Source: Blastocladiella emersonii ATCC 22665
Lineage: Eukaryota > Fungi > Blastocladiomycota
Length of the DNA: 64,000 nucleotides
Reading direction: 5' to 3'
Assembly (NCBI GenBank): GCA_025594325.1
Contig: JANHCV010000002.1
Span: 620,001 to 684,000, forward strand
The position numbers were made by a program, and so were the translations under genes. The notes beneath the pieces are model-generated. The model saw only the letters and a list, made by a program, of their open reading frames with translations, did no database searches and was not told the origin of the DNA. Of the stretch, positions 1 to 8,693 are shown piece after piece. Every line of letters begins with the position of its first letter. The stretch's first letter is position 1.

Positions 1-708
1 ATTCCTTTTATCGCGAGGTGGGCGAGTTCTACTTCGAGACCATTCTCCGGACTGCCGATCGGGTCATCGTTACCTTTCTAGGCGAGCTTATCGAGGACCT
101 GGCGGAGGACTACGTCGTGAATCTCGATTTCGACCCGTGGGAGGACGCCATGCGGCGACTTCGTCCTGGTGCTACACGGCGCGAGCGACGCAAGGCCGAG
201 GAGGACGCAGAGCGGGAGCTCGTTGATCACGTCAGGCGCCAGCTCACCCGCGACATCGAGTTCTGCCTTGAGCAAGCTTCAGACAAGGATCGCCCACTCC
301 AAATCGTTAGCGCCGGCGGCCATCGGCGCCATCAAGTCGCTCGACGTGCAGCGGGTTGAGGCGTGGCTCCGCGCTGGCATCGCTCTTGGACTCGAAAAGT
401 GGGACACGGTGCTCCGCGTCAAGGACCACTTTCTTAAGCCCGAGCACGTGTGGACGCTGGAACCGGCGGACGAATCGGGGGCGAACACCACTCGCCGCCG
501 TCGCTGGTTTGTCGGCCCAATTTTCGCGATCGAGGGCAAGTTTTGCATCTTTGGCTACGAGGGCGGGGTCCGGCCGACCGACGACACATTCATTCTTCCA
601 CCCGAGGACCTCCAAGCGATCGTTGCCCGCATTGACGAGTGGCGCGCGCACGAGGACCAGCTCTCGCAGCAGCTCAAGTCCCTGTCGATTCGGTCGCGGC
701 GCCGCTAG
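1..708 (+). pseudogene. Copy 1 of an unnamed paralog family, 5'-incomplete at the window edge, with an internal deletion and frameshift near 300-320
   Basis: Frame +3 from base 3 reads SFYREVGEFYFETILRTADRVIVTFLGELIEDL, matching copy 3 (TLYRELAEHYFGIDTANAARVSKGFLPYLAEDL). After about 310, frame +1 reads APAAIGAIKSLDVQRVEAWLRAGIALGLEKWDTVL...FLKPEHVW, matching copy 2 (PPAPIERIRAQDVDQAEAWLRASVEHGLATWDDML...FVRPKWLW). Confidence 0.7.
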
Positions 709-846
709 CGCTGTTGTTTCCTCGGCGTTCGTACCCTTGAATCGTGGTCGCCGTTAGCGATAAACGGCTTTTGTGTTGTATGCTATCAATAAATACCCAG
801 CGGAGGGAACGGGGTTGACGTCTGCTGTGAGACATGAGACGCGTCG

Positions 847-2583
847 ATGAATCATGTGAGGGATACTCCAAAATTGAAACTCCGTGAGTGGCCTCAATCG
901 AGCCACCACGATCCCATCTCTCCCCTCCGCAATCACACACCACCACGTAAACCAATGAATGACTCCGTGAAACGTGTTGGCAAGAAGCGCAGGGCGACGC
1001 TTCCGCCGTTGGATCCGCCCGCGGCGCTCGCCGGCGACGAGGTCCTTCCCACGGCGGAGGACTACCGCCGCGTCGGGACCGGCGAGCTCGTATCCGTGGT
1101 CCGATCCGCTTCGGCTTACTTCCGCAACACGATGAAGCCCGGCATCGCTGCTCGCTACACGAACAGCGCCGAGTACGGGCCGCTCTTTGACAAGCTCAAC
1201 GAGGCGGCCAAGCAGCTCCGCCACGAGGTCTCCAACGTCTTCCACCACTATCAGCGCATATTCAGCACCAAGGAGCTTGCCCTTCTCCTCGAGTCTTGGG
1301 AGCGCGTCGAGCTGACTTTCCGCGCGCTCACCGACGACTACTTTCTCACCAACTTCAATCGGGTCCAAGACCACCGCATCCGCGCCGCCATCGTTGCTCA
1401 CCTCCGTTTCGGCAACCAAGGTTCGATGTTTCGCCCACCCGGATCCGCGACCTACTTTCGCGACGTTGCCCACAACTATTTTAAAATGACGGGCGTGGCC
1501 GCTGCAAAAAATCGAGACGCGTACATTGACGAGCTTGCCGCGGCCATGACGAATCGCGAGCTTGGGCTTCCGGGTTCGGACTCTAAGGTCAGCCAGCACG
1601 AACGGAACAAGGTTTTCGATGCCAAGATTGAAGAGGTCAAGCGCATGCTCGCGCACAATTATGTCCCGAACCGGCCGCTGCTTGCCCTTGCTGCCTTCCC
1701 CACGATTCGAAAGCGCTTGATTCGCGAGGGTGTGCTTACCGAAGCCAACAAGTACCCGACGATTTTCCTCCGCAATCACGAGTTTGGCCCCTTCATCATC
1801 CTCACGTTCGATGCGTTTTGCGACCTCTTCATCATTGGCCAGCGCCCGCACCGCGAGCTTCCGCCCGTCATGCCGCTGCAGACTGACGCCGTGGCTGCGC
1901 TTATCGGGCTCAACGGCGCGCCGCCCGCGCCCATTGAACGCATCCGCGCGCAGGACGTCGATCAGGCCGAGGCGTGGCTCCGTGCCAGCGTCGAGCACGG
2001 TCTTGCAACGTGGGACGACATGCTCAGCGTGTACTACTACTTTGTCCGCCCGAAATGGCTCTGGCAGCAGCCGCTGAAAGCGCAGTCGAAGAAGGAACCG
2101 CGTCCGCTGCGTTTCGGCGCCAACTTCTTCAAGGTCTTCTACGAGAATCACCGCGTGTGCCTGTACTCTTACCAAAAGGGCGTCCCGGCCAGCGACGCGT
2201 ACCTCTCGATGCTCTCCCAAAACGACATGAAGGCTCTCACCATCCGCATCCACGAGTACTACCAGCACCAGATCCAGCTCGTGCGGCAGTTCGAGGCCAT
2301 GACCCTGCAGCAGCGAAGTCTTGGTCCTGCTTACGGACACGGTACTGGGTACTACAACGGAGTGTACTACGGACCCGACCATGGCGGTCTCGGGGCCGCC
2401 GGGACCTTTGCCTATCCGGGATACGATGCAGCCTACTACGGCGGTGATTACGATGCCCATGCGGACCAGCAGGACGCTTACTACGCACGCGAGTTCGCTC
2501 CGTCAGCAGCGCATGCGCAGCACCCGCCGTCACACGTCCCCGCGGGCGCTTCGCCTGTTCCCTGGCACTACGCGAACGAGTGA
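847..2583 (+). CDS. Intact copy 2 of the unnamed family (578 aa ORF; alternative ATG at 955), with a Gly/Tyr-rich C-terminal tail
   Basis: Long intronless ORF with globular-looking composition and clear local similarity to both neighbouring ORFs. No recognisable domain. Confidence 0.8.
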   Translation: MNHVRDTPKLKLREWPQSSHHDPISPLRNHTPPRKPMNDSVKRVGKKRRATLPPLDPPAALAGDEVLPTAEDYRRVGTGELVSVVRSASAYFRNTMKPGIAARYTNSAEYGPLFDKLNEAAKQLRHEVSNVFHHYQRIFSTKELALLLESWERVELTFRALTDDYFLTNFNRVQDHRIRAAIVAHLRFGNQGSMFRPPGSATYFRDVAHNYFKMTGVAAAKNRDAYIDELAAAMTNRELGLPGSDSKVSQHERNKVFDAKIEEVKRMLAHNYVPNRPLLALAAFPTIRKRLIREGVLTEANKYPTIFLRNHEFGPFIILTFDAFCDLFIIGQRPHRELPPVMPLQTDAVAALIGLNGAPPAPIERIRAQDVDQAEAWLRASVEHGLATWDDMLSVYYYFVRPKWLWQQPLKAQSKKEPRPLRFGANFFKVFYENHRVCLYSYQKGVPASDAYLSMLSQNDMKALTIRIHEYYQHQIQLVRQFEAMTLQQRSLGPAYGHGTGYYNGVYYGPDHGGLGAAGTFAYPGYDAAYYGGDYDAHADQQDAYYAREFAPSAAHAQHPPSHVPAGASPVPWHYANE

Positions 2584-2940
2584 TATAGTTTGGTCGCGCC
2601 GCGATCTCATGCTGAATTCTTGCAATCAATATAGCCCAGTAGTTTGAAGTGGCATCCCAAATCACGCACTCGTCCGTATCCGTGACGAAGTATTCGCATT
2701 TGCCTGTCAAGAGAGGGAGTTATTGGTGGTTAGTAAACTCAAAGTGATTGCACGAGCTGACGGCGGACGCGTCGGGAGATCATGTGAGTGTCAGCTGATC
2801 GCATCAGGCCACGATCATGATGCGTGCGGGCGCACGTTGCCTGCTAGTGCAGGATTCAGGAATGCGCGGCCTCGATGTAAGCATTTTTTCAGCTCCTTTG
2901 ACTTCTCCCTTGGCTAGTATCCGCGGCAAAATCGAATCCA

Positions 2941-4332
2941 ATGTCCGCGCCCGCCTCCGCCAAACGGCCGCGCGGCGAAGCGCGCGCCAAGGCCAGGAGA
3001 AACGAGCAGTCTATTCCAGTCGAACACCTCGTAGAGGCGGCGCAGACATGCCGGGTTGAATCTACGCGTGTCCCTCACGAATACGGTGAGTGCAACGGTC
3101 TTTATCAGCTCGCCACGTTTATCGAGTCGCAGAAGAACGTGGTCACCGTCTTTTATGCCGTCGCAAACCCCGCAATGGCAGCTGACCCTGAAAACAGCAA
3201 GGTTCGCAAACTTCGTGCAGCAGTCATTGCCTGCTGGCTCACGCACGCACCTGAACCAATTTTCTATCCTGTCGGGTCGGGCACGCTATATCGCGAGCTG
3301 GCCGAGCACTACTTCGGCATCGACACGGCAAACGCTGCCCGCGTGTCCAAAGGGTTTCTTCCGTATCTGGCCGAAGACTTGACCATCGGTGCGATCAAGC
3401 TCAAGGACAGGGTCTACCAGGACTACACACAGTAGCATGCTACGCCCGACATGACCGAGGACGAGCGTGCTATGCTCGAGCACGAGGCTGGCCAACAGCT
3501 GTACGAACAGATCAATGAGCAACTCGCTCTTGACATCAAGCGGCGCCTCGGACGCGACACCAACCGCCCGCACCAGGTTCTCGCGAGCTTGCCGGAAATC
3601 ATTGAGTCGGCCGAGTGGCAGAGGCTTCTTCCAACGGGTTATCGCAGCCCTGCGCTTCTTCCAACTGCGGACGAAATCGGCCCGCACGTTCTATTCACGC
3701 AGCAGGCACTGCTCAAGATTTTTCGTGCTAGTTTCCGCCAGACGCCGTTAGCACTGCCTCCTGCGCCGACCTCGGCCAAACCTTGTGTCACTTCTATTGC
3801 AGCTGCAGCGACAAAGTACACGGACCCAACGGTGAGTCGCGTCGGGTCAACAATCAAGCGCACAGTGATCAAAGAAATGGGGCCATCGACTCAACGTACC
3901 GGCCCAGCGACTCGACCGGGACCGCCTTCGGTCGTCACTGTCAAGGTCATCGCGCCACCGACCTTGACAAAGGCCGAACCGTGGCCTGTCCTCGCTGTCG
4001 CGCGCAAACCTGCGCCGAATCTGGTCGGAGGGCACAGTGCTCAACACGTTTCTCTTCAGCATGAATCAACGGCAATGTGCGGCCCATCAAGTGGTGAGCG
4101 CGTCGGCCCAAGCTACCCTCGTGCCGTTGCTGTCCCCGTTGGCGGCAAAATTGGGCACAACAGTACCGTGCTTGACGAGATCCCTCACTTCGGACGTATT
4201 CAGCTCAAGGACTCGGGTCCACTGGAACGGTCCAAGGAGGAGCCTGAGCCACACGATCCCAACGCTAGCTACTCGACCCCATGGCTCGACGTTGCGACGA
4301 ACACGTCCGGTCCAGGGACGGTCTCGTGCTGA
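2941..4332 (+). pseudogene. Copy 3 of the unnamed family, one reading frame interrupted by a single TAG at 3433-3435
   Basis: ORFs 2941-3435 and 3451-4332 share a frame. Similarity to the other copies is visible on both sides of the stop: KLRAAVIA...FYPVGSGTLYRELAEHYF before it, and IKRRLGRDTNRP...LASLPEII...PTADEIGPHVLFTQQALLKIF after it. Confidence 0.7.
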
Positions 4333-4562
4333 TCCTGATTTTGAATATAATGCCCGCGTTCTACTTCACTTGATGGTTGGCGATAGTCTCTCATCGTGTG
4401 CGAGACGCGTCGCGGTATCAGGTGAGTGGCGCAACGCGTGTTTTCGCCCTCTCCATCCCGCGATCGCAGCCTGCTTCGAGTTTCGTGGCACTCGTTGAGC
4501 TCTCGGATGCATCGGATAAGCTCCCCTCTCTCTCGCTGATCGCCATCTCCGCGGACTCCCCA

Positions 4563-4644
4563 TGCTGTAGGTAGCAGGACCAGAAGCCTGATGGACCAGT
4601 GAGCTGTGATGCTCGAGTGCGGGGGAGTGCTGTAGGTAGCAGGA
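4563..4644 (+). repeat. Perfect 17-bp direct repeat TGCTGTAGGTAGCAGGA (4563-4579 and 4628-4644)
   Basis: Read directly from the sequence; the two copies are separated by 48 bp. Confidence 0.9.
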
Positions 4645-5025
4645 ACGTCATGGCGGATCCGTTTTGTCCACTCTCACATCATAGCACCCCAGCGATCTTT
4701 TAGGCCAGCTCACGCGACAAGCGTGGCAAGCACGGCACTCGTTGCATTTTGACCCTCACGATCCGGCCCGGTGAGTTCATGACCGCGATGGCGAGCTGGG
4801 TGAGCGTAAGCAGCGCGGTTGGGCGAGCATTACGCCACAGCCGAGTGCCGACGGATTCTCGGCCGGCTCGCGTCATCCCGCGTGCGCACGTGCGCGCGAC
4901 CCGACGGTTTCTCGCGTCGCGTTTCGTCAGCCGGCGTGTCTCCCACTTTTCGCAGGCGGCGTTCGCCTCGCTTCGCGCGCGCGTCCCCTGACGAACGGAC
5001 GGATCGGGTGCTGCTCGCGCGAGAG

Positions 5026-5031
5026 TATAAA
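5026..5031 (+). promoter_or_regulatory. TATA box upstream of the flavodoxin-like gene
   Basis: TATAAA 90 nt upstream of the ATG at 5116, followed by a pyrimidine-rich leader. Confidence 0.55.
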
Positions 5032-5115
5032 GCGAGCCGCTCCCCGCGCTCTGCCCTCGGCCGTCCCTCACCCCAGTCTCGACTCACCTCTTGCACACCC
5101 TACGCAATCAACACC

Positions 5116-5797
5116 ATGGTTACCAAGGCCAAGATCGCCATCATCACGTACTCGACGTACGGGCACATCTTCACCCTCGCCGAGGCGGTCAAGGCGGGCG
5201 TCGAGTCGTCGGGCCACGCCGAGGCGACCATCTTCCGGGTCGCCGAGACGCTGTCCAAGGAGATCCTGGACAAGATGCACGCGCCCGAGCCCAAGGACTA
5301 CCCGGTGGCGACGGCCGAGACGCTCAAGGAGCACGACGGGTTCCTGTTCGGCTTCCCGACGCGCTTCGGGATCCTTCCCGCGCAGTTCAAGGCCTTCATG
5401 GACTCGACGGGCGGCCTGTGGAGCAGCGGCGCCCTCGCCGGCAAGCCCGTCGGCACCTTCTTCTCCACGGCCTCGCAGCACGGCGGCCAGGAGACGACGG
5501 CGCTCACGGCGCTCCCCTTTTTCGCGCACCACGGCCTGGTACCTCATCTTCTTTGCTAGCAAGCCGTGAGCGGTCGCCTAACATCCCGCGAACGCCCAGA
5601 TCTACGTCCCGCTCGGGTTCGCCAACACGCACCTGTTCGACGTGTCGGAGGTGGTCGGCGGGTCGGCGTGGGGCGCCGGCACGGTCGCGGGCGGCGACGG
5701 GTCGCGCCAGCCCTCGGACAAGGAGAAGGAGATTGCCGGCACCCAGGGCAAGGACTTTGCCACCATCGCCGCCAAGCTCAAGAACGCCGTCCTGTAA
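5116..5797 (+). CDS. Flavodoxin-like NAD(P)H:quinone oxidoreductase (WrbA/Pst2/Ycp4 family), 2 exons
   Basis: Motifs [49 protein letters not shown] and [24 protein letters not shown] intron at 5539-5599 restores the frame; TAA at 5795-5797. Confidence 0.93.
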
Positions 5798-6103
5798 GGC
5801 GTCGTGGCGCGGCGCGAGGACGTGCGCGTGGGTCTCGATCGCCTTCTCTCTCCCTCTCCCTATAGCTGCTCGTGAACACATTTACCCCCCTTTGCTCCCA
5901 ATGTCTCTCACTGGGTCGTCTGTAACGATGTTGTCGAGTCTAATCTACAATCCGCACCGCACGCGGCGCCGATGAGGTGCTCGGAGGAGCCCTTCGCGAC
6001 GAGCAGCAGCGGGGACTTGCGCGAACGCGTCGCGCCACCTCGCTCGTCTCTTCCCCTCCTCTCTGAAGCGTCCCTCACCCTGGCAACTACTCCTCTCACC
6101 ACC

Positions 6104-6669
6104 ATGTCACTCGACGCAATCTACAAGCAGCGCCAGCGCGAGCGCGCCGCCGAGTCGCAGGAAGCGGGTGCGGCAGTCGCACTCAACGCACTGCAACCCG
6201 TCCTGACCAGCTCCTCCCATAGACGCCGTGTGGGCCACCGCGCAGTCCGAGTTCACCGGCGCCGCTCGTGCCGTACACGACCATGTCCGCGAGAGGTCCG
6301 TCTCTCCACCCTCACGCGCCCTCATCTCCAACCTGACACCCGCCCTCCTCGCTGTGTAGCTGCGTCGCTCTGCAGGAGAACCAGCAGTCCGTAGCCGACG
6401 CGACGGCCGACCTCGGCACGCAGGTCCAGGCGCTGCACTCGCAGGTCGCGGCGTGGGGGTCGATGCTGCAGGACCTCAACTCGGCGTTCATGGTACGCTT
6501 GCGCGCCTTCCGCGCAGTCCGGCGCACTGATGCTGACGACGCCGCTCGGCTGTAGGAGCTCGGCGACCTCGAGCACTACACGCGCGTGATCGCCAACAAG
6601 GCCGAGGTCGTGGCGATGGCGCTCGCGCGGGTCGCTGCTCCCGCGAAGCCGAAGGGCGAAGCGGAGTAG
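6104..6669 (+). CDS. BLOC1S1: BLOC-1 subunit 1 (BLOS1/GCN5L1-like), 4 exons
   Basis: Spliced product ends ...NQQSVADATADLGTQVQALHSQVAAWGSMLQDLNSAFMELGDLEHYTRVIANKAEVVAMAL, resembling the BLOS1 C-terminal pattern (QW..M...FN.ALKEIGDVENW.R.I). Three short GT-AG introns. Confidence 0.8.
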
Positions 6670-6782
6670 ACCAGCACGCGCTCGCCTGATGCGGCAGGTC
6701 GCCGCCGACCAGCGAGCGCCATCTCGCGCCACCCTTCCTGTCCCCTCTCCCCTCTCGCTCAACCCGCAACGAAATCAACATC

Positions 6783-7286
6783 ATGTCCACCGCGCACCCC
6801 GACCCCACCACCACGGCGACGGCGACCCTCACCGTGAGCGTGATCAAAGCGACGCACCTCCCCTCCCCCCTCCTCGCGTCGACCACCGCCGAGTTCGCCC
6901 TGCGCGTGGCGGGCACCGACGGGACCGCGCACACAACGCTCTTCACCGCTCCGACGACAACCGAGACGGGCGCCGAGCTGATCTGGCACGCGCCGCTGTC
7001 GTTCCCCTCCGCTTCGGCGTTCGGCAAGTGCGGGACCGTCGAGCTGGTGACCAAGTCCGGCGGCGAGGTGGCGGACCAGGCGACGTTCGCGGTGCCCACG
7101 ACGTCTGCGGGCGAGGCCGAGGGCGTTTGGATCGAGATGGCGAGCGGGATGCGGGTGCTCGTTGTCGTGCACCACGAGACGGAGGGCGAGCACGTCGGTG
7201 CGGGCGACCGCGCGATTGCCGAGACGGTGCTGGGGACGCTGGCCAAGCCGGTCGTGTACGTGCTGGCCAAGATTCTCGGGTTCTGA
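6783..7286 (+). CDS. Small protein with a degenerate C2-like fold and a hydrophobic C-terminal helix
   Basis: ATLTVSVIKATHLP resembles C2 strand 1 and ELIWHAPLSF resembles the NPxWNExF segment. The Ca-binding aspartates are absent. Confidence 0.55.
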   Translation: MSTAHPDPTTTATATLTVSVIKATHLPSPLLASTTAEFALRVAGTDGTAHTTLFTAPTTTETGAELIWHAPLSFPSASAFGKCGTVELVTKSGGEVADQATFAVPTTSAGEAEGVWIEMASGMRVLVVVHHETEGEHVGAGDRAIAETVLGTLAKPVVYVLAKILGF

Positions 7287-7401
7287 GACGCGCGGGCGAG
7301 CGAGTGGGGTGGGCCAAAGTGTATAATATATCTCGGATTTGGTGGCGACAAGGAAGAACGACAGCAGACGGGGAGGGAGGGAGGGATCGATCACGAGCTT
7401 C

Positions 7402-8370
7402 TTACTGGGGCTTTGGGGAGACGTTGGAGTCGCGGTTCTCCTTGAGAGCGAGGAGCTGGCGGGTGCGGAAGGCCTCGTAGTGGAGCGCGGTGGTCTCGAT
7501 GAGGTCCTGGAGGTGGGTGCGGGTGAGGAAGTTGCGGAGCTGGACAAACTCGCAGTGCTGGTCGTTTTCGACCTGGATGATCCCACCCCACTTGGTGCGG
7601 CGCCCACGGATCGTCTTACCGTCGACGACCACGTTGCGCTCGGACCCGACGACGGCGAAGGGGATGAGGCTGCGGATCAGGGCGTTGAAGGCGCGCTCCT
7701 GGTGGTCCTCGTCGTCGATGGGCTCGCCGGGCAGGTCGTGCGGGTACAGCTTGATGCCGTGGTACTCGATCTCCTCCTTGATGCGGTTCTTGAAGGCGGC
7801 GCGCTCGTCGAGCGTCAGCGAGTCGGACTTGGCGATGACGGGCACCACGTTGCAGATCTCGGACAGCTGGCGCAGCGCCACAATGTCGAGCGGCTTGAGC
7901 GACTGGCCCGACGGGTTGATGAAGAAGAGCACGCAGTGCACACGCGTGTCGGAGATGTGGCGGTCGCGCGCGGCGGTCAGCTCCTTGCGCAGGTAGTGCG
8001 CGTACTGGTCCTTGATGTACTTGAGGATCGGGTCGAGGCAGTGCTCGTTGTTCATGAGGTCGCCGTAGCCGGGCGTGTCGACGACGGTCAGCTTGAGGCG
8101 CACGCCGTTCTCCTCGATGTTGTGGGTGACGGGCGCGATCTCGGTGGTCTGGCGCGGCGGCTCGTTGGCGCGCGTGCGGCCCTTGGAGTCGATGAGGTGC
8201 GCGGCAAACAGCGTGTTGAGCAGCGTCGACTTGCCGAGCCCCGTCGCGCCCACCAGCATCACGTTGAAGGCGAACCCGCGCCGCAGCAGCTTGCGCTCAA
8301 TCTGCTGCGTGATCGTGTCGAACCCGACGTAGCCGCTGAGCGCCGTCTTGGGCAGGTTCATGGTCGCCAT
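7402..8370 (-). CDS. CDC10: Septin, Cdc10/AspD/Spn2 type (no C-terminal coiled coil), intronless
   Basis: GYVGFDTITQQIERKLLRRGF, P-loop GATGLGKS, DTPGYGD, AKSD, PFAVVGS and the septin unique element. Start placed at ATG 8370 (CACC ATG context). Confidence 0.92.
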   Translation of the reverse strand: MATMNLPKTALSGYVGFDTITQQIERKLLRRGFAFNVMLVGATGLGKSTLLNTLFAAHLIDSKGRTRANEPPRQTTEIAPVTHNIEENGVRLKLTVVDTPGYGDLMNNEHCLDPILKYIKDQYAHYLRKELTAARDRHISDTRVHCVLFFINPSGQSLKPLDIVALRQLSEICNVVPVIAKSDSLTLDERAAFKNRIKEEIEYHGIKLYPHDLPGEPIDDEDHQERAFNALIRSLIPFAVVGSERNVVVDGKTIRGRRTKWGGIIQVENDQHCEFVQLRNFLTRTHLQDLIETTALHYEAFRTRQLLALKENRDSNVSPKPQ

Positions 8371-8693
8371 GGTGATTTCGAGGAGGTGTGGCGCGAATTC
8401 GGGTGGTGGTGGCGCAGGCGCGTTCGTTCGGTCACTCGGCGCGCGCACGTGTATAGAGCAGGTGTTGATGCGTTGCAGCGAGTGCGTGTGGCCGTTCCGT
8501 GCGCTGGTGCAGGACAGCTTTAGAGGCAAGGTCGCGAGGCAGAGGGACCGACGCGACTCTCTCCCCCGGCGTGTGGCGGCGACAAGAACGATGGGTGGCG
8601 CGCGCGACCCGGGTGGCGTCGCCCTCGCCGGCCTACGCACGTGGCCCCACGCCTCAAAATGGTCTCCCAAAAATTACACTATTCTATCAAGTA

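Noticed and set aside
3433-3435. Genome-wide TAG reassignment as the explanation for the internal stop
   Set aside because: TAG terminates several conserved genes here at the expected positions (BLOC1S1, P450, Nudix, Aim41).
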